Source of the DNA: a virus | Taxonomy: Duplodnaviria > Caudoviricetes | Strand: one strand, 5' to 3' | Length of the DNA stretch: 46,425 bases | IMG/VR virus record: IMGVR_UViG_3300040971_000130 | Coordinates: 1 to 46,425 of that record | Part shown: positions 1 to 8,222 of the stretch, piece after piece | Layout: each line of letters opens with the position of its first letter | Numbering within the stretch: position 1 is the first letter of the stretch | Notes under the pieces: model-generated | What the model saw: only the letters and a program-made list of their open reading frames with translations | What the model was told of the DNA's origin: nothing | Databases searched by the model: none | Program-made: the position numbers and the translations under genes

Positions 1-17
1 CTTGCATTCGACACTTC

Positions 18-45
18 AAAGCTCCCTTTCGGGAGCTTTTTTTTT
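18..45 (+). terminator. Rho-independent terminator of an upstream host gene
   Basis: Hairpin AAAGCTCCC-TTTC-GGGAGCTTT followed by a T run. Confidence 0.8.
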
Positions 46-67
46 GCCCCTTCGGACATATTTTAGG

Positions 68-96
68 TAAAATAAAGGCCGGTCAAGGACCGGCCT
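68..96 (-). terminator. Terminator, probably the original tRNA operon terminator displaced by integration
   Basis: Hairpin AGGCCGGTC-AAG-GACCGGCCT, followed by TTTATTTTA on the minus strand, just downstream of the duplicated tRNA 3' end. Confidence 0.7.
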
Positions 97-103
97 AAAA
101 ATC

Positions 104-127
104 TGGAGCGGGAAACGAGATTTGAAC
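104..127. repeat. att core (distal copy of the tRNA-Gly 3' end)
   Basis: TGGAGCGGGAAACGAGATTTGAAC is identical to 46219-46242. Confidence 0.95.
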
Positions 128-238
128 CCGCAAAGCATACCGTCACAAATAAGCACAAATCGACTGCCTCCGTTGCTTCCCATGCAATTTCTGACCTCGT
201 AAACTATCCCTCAAATCACGTCAAATTACACCGACAGG

Positions 239-256
239 TGGACCAAAACTGGCCCA
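239..256. promoter_or_regulatory. Putative integrase arm-type sites (left arm)
   Basis: TGGACCAAAACTGGCCCA matches the tandem AACTGGCCCAA repeat at 46126-46147; both lie ~70-110 bp inside the att cores. Confidence 0.65.
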
Positions 257-326
257 CGCCTGGCTGCCCCCTGCCCCCTCCTCTGGCATGCTGCGCCAGT
301 TCTCGAAGTCGCCCGACCCCCCCGAT

Positions 327-416
327 GGGTCCTCCGACGACCCCAGATGATAGGGGTCGCTATGGGCCTTGTATTTGGGTGGATGCGAGAGTCAAATTTT
401 TTGGCAAATTGGCAAA
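327..416 (+). other. Candidate cos (cosQ-cosN-cosB-like) packaging signal
   Basis: GGGTCCT (the lambda cosQ heptamer) at 327-333, dyad CGACCCC-N8-GGGGTCG at 338-359, tandem TTGGCAAA x2 at 401-416; the phage has a GpA-type terminase and a lambda-type portal. Confidence 0.45.
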
Positions 417-470
417 CTGCTTTTTGCTACAGGTAGTTTGTTGCCGGAAAATACCCTTGGGGGGTGCGGC

Positions 471-2120
471 ATGAGCCAGGAGCAGATCCGGGCCGCCGTC
501 GATGCCGCCGTCCTCGCGGAGATGGCCACGCCGGAGTATCAGGAGGCGCTGAAGAAGCACGCCCCTAAGCCTGATTTTTTCCGGCAGGACTCGCCCAAAT
601 ATCAGCAGCTCAAGACCGACATGGACGACGAGTACATCGGCCTGGCGCGGCGCTTTTGCGCTCACCATGACGGCTCATTCGTCTTCGACAACACCCTCGC
701 CCGGTGGTTCCGTGCGGCCGGGACGCACTGGGATCTGGATGTGGACCGCTACGCCATCAAGGCGGTCGCCGAGCTTGCCGCCCCTTTCGAGGCCCAGGCC
801 GATTTTTTCCGCGACCTCGCCACGCAGCGCCTGGATGCAAACGACAAGGACAAGAAGGGCAAAGCCTTCCTCAAGGCCGCCAAAGCCTGGGACTCTACGG
901 CCAAGCGATGCAAGGAGCCGACGAGCATGAAAAAGGTCCTGGAGCTGGCCAGCGCTGGGGGCTCATCCCTTGGGATCTCCGGGAGCGAGTGGAACAAGCA
1001 CCCCAATCTGCTGGTGGCCAAGAACGCCGTCATCGACCTGGAGACTGGCAAGGAGGTCCAGGCCATCCCGGCCCTGTTCCTGAACCAGCACAGCCCGGTG
1101 GAATGGGCGGGCCTGCATGCCGAGTCCAAGCTATGGGATGAATTCCTTGACCAGGTGTTCCTGAAAAACCAGCAGCTCATCGACTACGTGCAGACCTGCG
1201 TCGGCTACTGGATCAGCGGCTACAACTCGATCCAGGAGTTTTGGACGCTGTGGGGTCCACAGGGCCGCAACGGCAAGGGCGTGTTTTTCCGGTCGCTGCG
1301 GGCGGTCATGGGCAACTACTACGTCAGCCTTGATCCGATGATGCTGATGGACACGAAGTTCCAGCGCCAGGGCGGCGGCCCCAACCCAGAGCTGGTCAAT
1401 TTGCGTTTCAAGCGCCTGGCCGTGGCCTCAGAGTCGAAAAAGGGCGCCGTTTTTTCGATGGACTCCATCAAGCGCTGGACCGGCGGCGATCCTATCCCCT
1501 GCCGTGGCATGAACTCCGACAACATCATTGAGCTGCTGCCGGAATTCAAGCTGCTTTTCGTCACTAACCGATTACCCACGGTCAACGACGCCACGGACAA
1601 CGCATTCCGCAGCCGCCTGCGGATCATCAAATTCCTGGCCCGCTTCTCAAGCGTCGAGTCCGAGATAGACCCCGATCGCAACATCTACCGCATGGACCCC
1701 CAGCTCGAACGCAAGCTGCACCGCCCCGAAGTCCTGTCCGCTATCCTTGCCTGGTCCGTTCGCGGCGCGAAGCGATTTTTCGACGCGGGCATGCGCCTGG
1801 ACGCCCCGCTTGATGTCCTTGCCGAAACGGATTCCTACATGGCCGACCAGGACCTGATCGGCATGTTCATCCGCGCCGCGCTCACCATCACCGAGGGCGG
1901 ACAGGGCCAGCGCACGGCGGCCAAGGACGTCTACCTGGCGTTCCGCCGCTGGTGCGTCGAGGACCAGCTCATGCCCGAAAAGTACGTTCCGACGCTGTCC
2001 AGCTTCGGCCGGGACTTCAAGGTCCGCCAGGACATCAAACAGGTCCCGCCGGTCAATTTCGTGGTCTACAACGTCGTGGTACGCGAAGAGTGGCAGCCAC
2101 GAGAGGCGGAGCACGCATGA
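471..2120 (+). CDS. P4/D5-family primase-associated SF3 helicase
   Basis: D5_N-like region (LLVAKNAVIDLETG), Walker A GPQGRNGKG, SESKKG..IKRWTGGD, TNRLP..DNAFRSRL and a C-terminal winged helix; ATG at 471 follows GGGGGG. Confidence 0.9.
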   Translation: MSQEQIRAAVDAAVLAEMATPEYQEALKKHAPKPDFFRQDSPKYQQLKTDMDDEYIGLARRFCAHHDGSFVFDNTLARWFRAAGTHWDLDVDRYAIKAVAELAAPFEAQADFFRDLATQRLDANDKDKKGKAFLKAAKAWDSTAKRCKEPTSMKKVLELASAGGSSLGISGSEWNKHPNLLVAKNAVIDLETGKEVQAIPALFLNQHSPVEWAGLHAESKLWDEFLDQVFLKNQQLIDYVQTCVGYWISGYNSIQEFWTLWGPQGRNGKGVFFRSLRAVMGNYYVSLDPMMLMDTKFQRQGGGPNPELVNLRFKRLAVASESKKGAVFSMDSIKRWTGGDPIPCRGMNSDNIIELLPEFKLLFVTNRLPTVNDATDNAFRSRLRIIKFLARFSSVESEIDPDRNIYRMDPQLERKLHRPEVLSAILAWSVRGAKRFFDAGMRLDAPLDVLAETDSYMADQDLIGMFIRAALTITEGGQGQRTAAKDVYLAFRRWCVEDQLMPEKYVPTLSSFGRDFKVRQDIKQVPPVNFVVYNVVVREEWQPREAEHA

Positions 2121-2467
2121 AAACTCTCGAACTGTCTAAGCACTGTCTAAGTATGGTCTCTAAGACGCATTTTATCAAAAAAATCAAGTCCTTGTTTCCC
2201 TGCATAACCCCATCTCTTAGATACTTAGATACCTTAACCTCACACACATATAAGAAAATAATAAATGAAAAGAATAATACATATATAGGAACAAGGTGCA
2301 AAAAACTCTCTAAGTTACTAAGCAACGCATTTTTTCCAACAATTCCGGCTAACTGTGGAAAAAAACTGTCTAAGCGACTCTCTAAGACGCTTCGACACTC
2401 TCTAAGCTGGTGGCTCCCTGGGGGGGGTGTGGGCCGGTCCGGTCTGACGGTTGGGGGGATGGCGTAA
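2117..2467 (+). CDS. Possible small basic ORF spanning the putative origin
   Basis: ATGA-coupled to the helicase stop and ends at the primase start, but AT-rich and repeat-derived, so it may be non-coding. Confidence 0.3.
   Translation: MKTLELSKHCLSMVSKTHFIKKIKSLFPCITPSLRYLDTLTSHTYKKIINEKNNTYIGTRCKKLSKLLSNAFFPTIPANCGKKLSKRLSKTLRHSLSWWLPGGGVGRSGLTVGGMA
2131..2406. repeat. Putative replication origin with TCTAAG iterons
   Basis: 7 forward TCTAAG (2135, 2146, 2159, 2309, 2369, 2381, 2401) and 2 reverse CTTAGA (2216, 2224) around an AT-rich core, between helicase and primase. Confidence 0.7.
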
Positions 2468-3870
2468 TGGGTGCGGCGCTCGATTGGCTGGGACCGGATG
2501 GTTGCCGTTCGGTCGCGGAGCATCTCCTGTCCGATGTGCGACCGCAGGGCGACGAGCTGTGGGCTGCGTGTCCGTGGCACGTCGAGTCCACGGTCGGCGG
2601 GTCGTTTAGTTACAATCCGGACGTGGACAAGGCCAAGTGCCTGTCCTGCGGCGAGAGCGGCGACCTGATCGCCATCTACGCCGGTCTGAACGGCCTGGAG
2701 AACGAGCCCGCCTTTGTGCAGTTCAAGGCGGAGTTCGCGCCCGGTGCCCAATCCGCCCCCCGTCCCATCGCCCCGCCCGTGTGCCGGTCCTGGACCCCTG
2801 CCCCCGTGACCCCCGGCCCGGAGCAATGGCGCGCCCGCGCCACGGAGTTCGTGCGCCATTCCGTCGAGCGCCTGCAAGACAACGCCGCCGCCCTGGCGCA
2901 GCTCGCGGCCTGGGGCGTGTCCGCCGACGTGGCCGCAAAGTGCATGGTCGGCTGGAACGACAAAGACAAACATATCCCGCGCGCATCCTGGGGCCTGGAG
3001 CAGATCCACGGTCCGGATGGCCGCGCGAAAAAGCTCTGGCTCCCTTGTGGCCTCGTGTTCCCCATGCTGGCCGGTGGTCAGGCCATCAAGATCAAGATCC
3101 GGCGTGACAAGGCCGAAATGCCCGGCGGCCGCGCGCTGCGTTACTGGGAAGTGCCCGGCGGCTCCATCCTGTACCACCGCTATGGCCGCCCCGACTGGCG
3201 TGTCTGGATACTGGTGGAAACCGAGCGCGACGCGGCTATGATCTGGGGCGTCGTGCGCGACCTGCACATCGGCGTCATGGCCCTGGGCGGCGCGACCAAA
3301 CGCCCTGACGCGGACAACGCGGCCATCCTGCGCGCCTCCGATCTGATCCTGAACGCCCTGGACAATGACCCGGCCGGGGCCGTCAACACTGCCGCATTCT
3401 GGGAAGTCGAATTTCCGCAAAGCAAGCGCTGGCCCGTGCCCCCTACGACCGGCAAGGACCCTGGCGAAGCCGTGGGCGAGGGCCTGGACATCCGCGAATG
3501 GGTCCTGGCCGGTATGCCCTCGCACGTCCGCCGCACCCTGACCGCCGCCCCTGTCCCGGCCCCCGAGCCGCAGCCCGAAATCCCCGCAGCAGATGCCGTT
3601 TACGGCGAATGGTACATGGGCCGCATCCGCGCCCTGTTGTCCCTGCTCCTTGGCACTCCCATCACCGTGGACGGCCAGACCGGACTGGCCATCGCCCCGC
3701 AAAAATGGAGTCTGGACCCGCAAAACTGGGCCAGGCTGCGCGAAGTGGACGCGACCCTGGCCACGGACCCCTGTCAAGACCTGGTGGCCGAGGCCCTGCC
3801 CGCCCGCCGCATGACCCTGCACGAACTCAGCGCCGCCGCCACGCGGCTCGAAAAATGGTTTACCCGATGA
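2467..3870 (+). CDS. DnaG-like primase (CHC2 zinc finger + Toprim)
   Basis: CPWH...CLSCGESGD zinc-binding domain; VETERDA and ALDNDPAG Toprim motifs; GKDPGE. Confidence 0.85.
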   Translation: MGAALDWLGPDGCRSVAEHLLSDVRPQGDELWAACPWHVESTVGGSFSYNPDVDKAKCLSCGESGDLIAIYAGLNGLENEPAFVQFKAEFAPGAQSAPRPIAPPVCRSWTPAPVTPGPEQWRARATEFVRHSVERLQDNAAALAQLAAWGVSADVAAKCMVGWNDKDKHIPRASWGLEQIHGPDGRAKKLWLPCGLVFPMLAGGQAIKIKIRRDKAEMPGGRALRYWEVPGGSILYHRYGRPDWRVWILVETERDAAMIWGVVRDLHIGVMALGGATKRPDADNAAILRASDLILNALDNDPAGAVNTAAFWEVEFPQSKRWPVPPTTGKDPGEAVGEGLDIREWVLAGMPSHVRRTLTAAPVPAPEPQPEIPAADAVYGEWYMGRIRALLSLLLGTPITVDGQTGLAIAPQKWSLDPQNWARLREVDATLATDPCQDLVAEALPARRMTLHELSAAATRLEKWFTR

Positions 3871-3881
3871 GGAGAAACGCC

Positions 3882-4214
3882 ATGCCTGAACCCGAATTCG
3901 ACTTCATCAACCCGATTTACCTCCCGAAAGAAGATGACAAGAGACTTGTCGCGGACGGAATCCCCTGTTGTGTGGATGTGTGCGGGAGAGAGTTTCTGCC
4001 GCGCAATATCCACGAGCTGCTTTGGACATGCCCAGCGTGTGGCGTCGGTCATAGACTCCACGTTGAGGACTCTGTCCCGGCAGATGTTCCGTGCCCATAC
4101 TGCGGCAAAACGTACTGCGTCGTGATGTCGCTGTCCGCGAAGTGCGACCTGTACAGATCGCGGGCCGACTATGACGCGTACTGGGAAGAAGCAATGAAAG
4201 ATGTTCCATTTTGA
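3882..4214 (+). CDS. Zn-ribbon hypothetical protein
   Basis: AGGAG RBS; CPACG and CPYCG pairs. Confidence 0.65.
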   Translation: MPEPEFDFINPIYLPKEDDKRLVADGIPCCVDVCGREFLPRNIHELLWTCPACGVGHRLHVEDSVPADVPCPYCGKTYCVVMSLSAKCDLYRSRADYDAYWEEAMKDVPF

Positions 4215-4234
4215 GGGCGCAAAGGGAGAAAACT

Positions 4235-4474
4235 ATGACTGAAGTAACTCTGACCATCACCGCCCAGGTCGATGTCTCCAAAGAGGCCATGACCCTGTGG
4301 GTCCGCGACATGCTCAACTACCACGTCCCGCCCGGCGATGACGAGCGGTCTCTTCTGGACGCCCACGCCGCCGAGATCGACAAGCTCGACGAGTACAATG
4401 GTCCCGTCACCGTCGCCGAGCCACGCAGGCGCAAGCGCCGCGCCGTCACCCCCTGCCTGGAGTCCAAAGCATGA
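4235..4474 (+). CDS. Hypothetical protein
   Basis: GGGAG RBS; stop overlaps the next ATG. Confidence 0.65.
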   Translation: MTEVTLTITAQVDVSKEAMTLWVRDMLNYHVPPGDDERSLLDAHAAEIDKLDEYNGPVTVAEPRRRKRRAVTPCLESKA

Positions 4475-5019
4475 TCGACGTCACCGAATGGCTGCCCCTG
4501 GGCACGCGCTACGAGGCCAGCCCCGAAGGCTTTGTGCGCGTCCTCGAAAAAACCGGCGGCGGCCCGGCCGGGCGTCTGCTGCTGCCCTGCTGGGCGGCGG
4601 GAGATGTTGTCTATCTGCTGCGCCCGGACCGGGACAAGGTCAAGCGCGGTCAGGCCGTCAAACAGACGCCGCTGGCCGAAATCGTCCGGCAGGTCTGGGG
4701 CCTGGACGTCAAGCACCTGACCCGCAAGGCCCTGCGCGTCCTGCGTGCCGAGATCCAAGCTCACAACGAGGAATGCTTCCCGGAGATCCGCGAACGCGCC
4801 CGCAAACTGGCCGACCGCGACCCGTTCAAGCCTGGCGGCGACTGCATGCCCTGCCCCTGGGCCACCGCCGGAAAACTGGACGCCGACGCCCTCCCGCCGG
4901 AAATTGACACTTGGAACTGTCCCGAAATGGACCCTTTGAACCACCAGGCCAACGGCGTGTGGGTAGACATCGGCCCGCGTCGTAGCCGCCCACGCAAAAC
5001 AGTGAGGATGACAGCATGA
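4471..5019 (+). CDS. Hypothetical protein
   Basis: ATGA coupling at both ends; phage-like codon usage. Confidence 0.7.
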   Translation: MIDVTEWLPLGTRYEASPEGFVRVLEKTGGGPAGRLLLPCWAAGDVVYLLRPDRDKVKRGQAVKQTPLAEIVRQVWGLDVKHLTRKALRVLRAEIQAHNEECFPEIRERARKLADRDPFKPGGDCMPCPWATAGKLDADALPPEIDTWNCPEMDPLNHQANGVWVDIGPRRSRPRKTVRMTA

Positions 5020-5549
5020 CCGGAATCGAACTCATAGCGCAGGAACGCGCACGGCAAATCAGCAAGGAAGGATGGGATCAAAAGCACGACGAGCAGCACA
5101 CCGAGCACGAATTGATCGAGGCTGCCGCCTATTACTGCGCATACAACGCCGCAGAGGAAACCATGTGTAGCCTCGAAGGCTACCGCGATTTCGTCGAAGG
5201 CTTTTTCCCGGCCCAATGGGACGAAGACTGGATGAAGCGCCAGGGCTTCCCTGTCCCGACGGACAACGACCTGGTCAAGGCCGGTGCGCTCATCGCTGCG
5301 GAACTGGACCGCAGAACCCTTGAACGCGCCGCCAACGGCACCGGCACCGTGACGATCATCCCGCCCGCCGCAGCGCACCAAAACCCCGTGACCCTGTGCC
5401 CTGCTTGCAAGTCCATGGCCATCATCCCCGAGTACCGCTTCCGCGAAGGCGTGCCGCAAGAGTCTCATAGCTGCCTCGATTGCGGCCACGTCTGGCTCTC
5501 CGGGTCACAGTACGGCTCGTCCGTGGAGCAGCCGGAAGAGGAGGCATGA
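5016..5549 (+). CDS. Conserved phage protein with C-terminal Zn ribbon
   Basis: ERARQISKEGW..HD and LVKAGALIAAELDR motifs seen in many phage hypothetical proteins; CPAC..CLDC. Confidence 0.75.
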   Translation: MTGIELIAQERARQISKEGWDQKHDEQHTEHELIEAAAYYCAYNAAEETMCSLEGYRDFVEGFFPAQWDEDWMKRQGFPVPTDNDLVKAGALIAAELDRRTLERAANGTGTVTIIPPAAAHQNPVTLCPACKSMAIIPEYRFREGVPQESHSCLDCGHVWLSGSQYGSSVEQPEEEA

Positions 5550-6604
5550 ATGAGCTGGCTCTTTTCGCGGGCGCTGCTGGAGGTATGCTCGCCGGGCACA
5601 TTCTCGGATGGCGCACCGTTTGCGCCGTTGAACGTGATGCCCACGCGGCGGAGGTTCTGGCGCAGCGACAAAATGATGGGATTTTCGCCCCGTTTCCCGT
5701 CTGGTCGGACGTCAGGACGTTTAACGGCTACCCATGGCAGGGCCGCATTGACGTCATTTCTGGCGGCTTTCCCTGTCAGAACATCAGCGCAGCTGGGGAT
5801 GGGGCAGGTATCACAGGCAAACGCTCCGGGCTCTGGAAGCAGATGGCGCGTATCATTCACGAAGTACGACCACGTTTCGTGTTCGTGGAAAATTCCCCTT
5901 TGCTTACCCGTCGCGGACTCGATGTCGTTCTCGGGGACCTGGCCGCGCTGGGGTACGATGCGGAATGGTGCGTGCTCGGAGCTGCCGACGCCGGGGCGCC
6001 GCATCAACGGGACCGGATCTGGATATTGGGCCACTCCTGCGGCCTCCGACGGCCAGCGGGGCGGCAGCATCACGCAGGCCATGACAGGGCAAAGCCTGCC
6101 GCAAATGGTCAACACGCCATCGCGATATCCCACGCCAACGGCTACGAACACGAAGGCCATCCACTTGCGAGGGACGGACAAGGGCAAGGCGCGGGAGCCG
6201 AGGACGTATTTTCCTACGCCCACGGCCAACTGCTCAACCGGAGCGGGGACGAGTGGTCGGGAAGGGGGGATGAATTTGCAGACTGCCGTGAATATGCTGC
6301 CCACCCCCCTCGCGAGGGATTGGAAGAGCGGCAAGGGCAGGACCCAAGAACAACGAGGGAGGCGGACGTCAAATCAGACCCTCGCCGAGTCCCAAGGCGG
6401 CCAGCTCAACCCGGACTGGGTCGAATGGCTGATGGGCTGGCCTATCGGCTGGACAAGTCTTGGCCCGTTGAACCCGGAGGCATTCCGCGAGTGGCAAATG
6501 GAGTTCCGCATCGAGTCGGACGCCTCAAATGCATCGGAAACGGGCAAGTGCCGGCGTGCGCTGTGATTGCGTGGCTGGAACTTGTACGGAGATTTTTCGC
6601 ATGA
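5546..6604 (+). CDS. C5 DNA cytosine methyltransferase, alpha polypeptide
   Basis: Motif I LFAGAAG, IV GGFPCQ, VI ENSP, VIII QRDRIWI and X LKCIGNG; motif IX is missing from this frame. Confidence 0.9.
   Translation: MNELALFAGAAGGMLAGHILGWRTVCAVERDAHAAEVLAQRQNDGIFAPFPVWSDVRTFNGYPWQGRIDVISGGFPCQNISAAGDGAGITGKRSGLWKQMARIIHEVRPRFVFVENSPLLTRRGLDVVLGDLAALGYDAEWCVLGAADAGAPHQRDRIWILGHSCGLRRPAGRQHHAGHDRAKPAANGQHAIAISHANGYEHEGHPLARDGQGQGAGAEDVFSYAHGQLLNRSGDEWSGRGDEFADCREYAAHPPREGLEERQGQDPRTTREADVKSDPRRVPRRPAQPGLGRMADGLAYRLDKSWPVEPGGIPRVANGVPHRVGRLKCIGNGQVPACAVIAWLELVRRFFA
5550..6566 (+). CDS. Nested alternative-frame ORF: methyltransferase beta polypeptide (TRD-like repeats + motif IX)
   Basis: 338 codons open in the +1 frame; four xPTP/xATP repeats; LNPDWVEWLMGWPIGWT; true start uncertain. 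Confidence 0.75.
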   Translation: MSWLFSRALLEVCSPGTFSDGAPFAPLNVMPTRRRFWRSDKMMGFSPRFPSGRTSGRLTATHGRAALTSFLAAFPVRTSAQLGMGQVSQANAPGSGSRWRVSFTKYDHVSCSWKIPLCLPVADSMSFSGTWPRWGTMRNGACSELPTPGRRINGTGSGYWATPAASDGQRGGSITQAMTGQSLPQMVNTPSRYPTPTATNTKAIHLRGTDKGKAREPRTYFPTPTANCSTGAGTSGREGGMNLQTAVNMLPTPLARDWKSGKGRTQEQRGRRTSNQTLAESQGGQLNPDWVEWLMGWPIGWTSLGPLNPEAFREWQMEFRIESDASNASETGKCRRAL

Positions 6605-7662
6605 CCCTCGAAACCCGCGTCAAGGCAGCCCTGGCCACCCATCCGGACGACAAGGACCTGAAGTTGCTTGCGGCCGGTTGGTCCGAGGCGCGGCAGCGTT
6701 ATGCATCGGGCCGCAACTCCGCCAACCGGCGCGAGTGGAAGTCCTTGCAGGACGACTTGGTCAAGGTCCTCGACGCCCTGGAAGCAGAGTCCGCCGCGCT
6801 CTCCGCCCTGAAGCCGCCCGCCGAGCAGGACGGCCCCATCTGCCACGAGGCCGCAGGCTGGCCCAACCCCCTGCCCAACCGTCGCCAGGCCGCGCAGTTT
6901 CTGAAGGCCATGGGCTTTCGGTCCGTGCAGGGCAAGGCCGTGCCCGAGCGTACCATCTACCGCTACATAGAACGCGGCGTCCTGGGGCCGGACTTCGGCA
7001 GCGGCGACCAGTTCAGCCAGCGCACCCTGATGGAGTTCGGCAAGCGCAAGCTGGAGAGCATCCCCGGCACGCCCTCCGAGCGCTACATCCCCGGCGACCG
7101 CGCCGTGCGCAAGGCCATGCAGCCCGTCATAGGCGTGGGCGACGCCGACAAGAAGGCCGCCGCCCACGCCCGGCTCATGGAAGCACAGGCCGCACTCAAG
7201 GAACTGGAGGTCAAACAGGCCCGCGCGGAGCTGGTGGACATCCTCCTGGTTGACCGCGAACAGGCAGACCTCTGTCAGGCCATCCGCATGCACATGTCGC
7301 CCATGGTCCGGTCCACGGCCGATCAGGTCCTGGCCCTGGTCGGCGGGGATCTGTCCGCCGCGCGCGAGATCATCGCCCTGGTCGGCGGCGACCTGGACAA
7401 GGTGGACGACCTGTCCGCCTGGATCTTCTCCCGCCGTCCCGAGGTCGTGGCTATGTACAAGCCGTTCCTGCGCCGCGCCCTGGACACCTTCGTGCGCGGC
7501 CAGTGGTTGACCACGGAGCTGGCCGAAGAATGGAGGCGCTACCAGGTCCACCGCGAAGACACGGAACTTGCCATCATGGCCCAGCTCATCCGCGAAACCG
7601 GCGGCAACCCGTCCCTGGCCCGTGACGCCATGGAAAAATACTACGTGAGGGGGCTGGATTGA
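6601..7662 (+). CDS. Terminase small subunit, Nu1-like, extended
   Basis: HTH-like NRRQAAQFL..ERTIYRYIERG followed by ARLMEAQAALKELEVKQARAELV coiled coil; lies upstream of terL. Confidence 0.6.
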   Translation: MTLETRVKAALATHPDDKDLKLLAAGWSEARQRYASGRNSANRREWKSLQDDLVKVLDALEAESAALSALKPPAEQDGPICHEAAGWPNPLPNRRQAAQFLKAMGFRSVQGKAVPERTIYRYIERGVLGPDFGSGDQFSQRTLMEFGKRKLESIPGTPSERYIPGDRAVRKAMQPVIGVGDADKKAAAHARLMEAQAALKELEVKQARAELVDILLVDREQADLCQAIRMHMSPMVRSTADQVLALVGGDLSAAREIIALVGGDLDKVDDLSAWIFSRRPEVVAMYKPFLRRALDTFVRGQWLTTELAEEWRRYQVHREDTELAIMAQLIRETGGNPSLARDAMEKYYVRGLD

Positions 7663-7673
7663 TGCGGCGCTAT

Positions 7674-7698
7674 AAAAAAACGGCTCCCGAAGGAGCCG
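7674..7698 (-). terminator. Terminator of the minus-strand moron
   Basis: CGGCTCC-CGAA-GGAGCCG with 7 T on the minus strand. Confidence 0.8.
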
Positions 7699-7709
7699 CA
7701 AGTCTTTTC

Positions 7710-7871
7710 TTACTTGGAACAGTTACCCATTCTTTCTTTGCTCTTGCACTCGTTGCAAAGATCGCCGCCCGTCGGTTTAGTGGCGCGTTCATCGTAGTCT
7801 TTCGTCGGCCAGTTGGCGCAGTTTTTACACCAATGCCATGTGTCGGACCCTGTTTTTCTCCTGTACGCCAT
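7710..7871 (-). CDS. 53-aa Cys/His-rich zinc-finger protein (moron)
   Basis: MAYRRKTGSDTWHWCKNC..LCNECK; AGGAGAA RBS; own terminator. Confidence 0.75.
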   Translation of the reverse strand: MAYRRKTGSDTWHWCKNCANWPTKDYDERATKPTGGDLCNECKSKERMGNCSK

Positions 7872-7934
7872 AATTCTTCTCCTTGTTAAAGGTTTGCGCC
7901 CTTGCGGGCGTGGAAAAACTTCGGAGTGACGAGT

Positions 7935-8222
7935 ATGTGTAATAAAAATAGACTGTTCCATGATCAAAGATGGAAATACGAGCGTTGCAAACATTGCGGC
8001 GTGGACAACCACATCGGATTTCAGGCCCAGGAGCAACTCTGGAGCGCAGTGGTGCGTGGAGAGTACAATGTTCTATGTCTGAACTGCTTCCTGCACCTAG
8101 CTTTTATGCGGGGCATAGCGGTCAGCGAAGAAGATATCAAGATGTTTGTGATGTATGACGAAGTGCCTTTAAATTGCCAATGTCAGGACACTCAGGATTT
8201 TTCCATAGGTAGCGATGCGTAA
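7935..8222 (+). CDS. Small zinc-binding hypothetical protein
   Basis: CKHC and LCLNC; GGAG upstream; lower GC. Confidence 0.6.
   Translation: MCNKNRLFHDQRWKYERCKHCGVDNHIGFQAQEQLWSAVVRGEYNVLCLNCFLHLAFMRGIAVSEEDIKMFVMYDEVPLNCQCQDTQDFSIGSDA

Noticed and set aside
104-131. Additional tRNA gene at the left end
   Set aside because: Only the acceptor/T-arm 3' fragment is present; it is the att duplication
369-470. N-terminal extension of the helicase in the ORF track
   Set aside because: Runs through the non-coding cos-like region; ATG 471 has the better RBS
2131-2406. TCTAAG repeats as a CRISPR array or VNTR
   Set aside because: 6-9 bp units with irregular spacing in both orientations; better explained as iterons
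5546-6604. Methyltransferase as a frameshifted pseudogene or part of an RM system
   Set aside because: Both frames are fully open with complementary motifs, and there is no adjacent endonuclease
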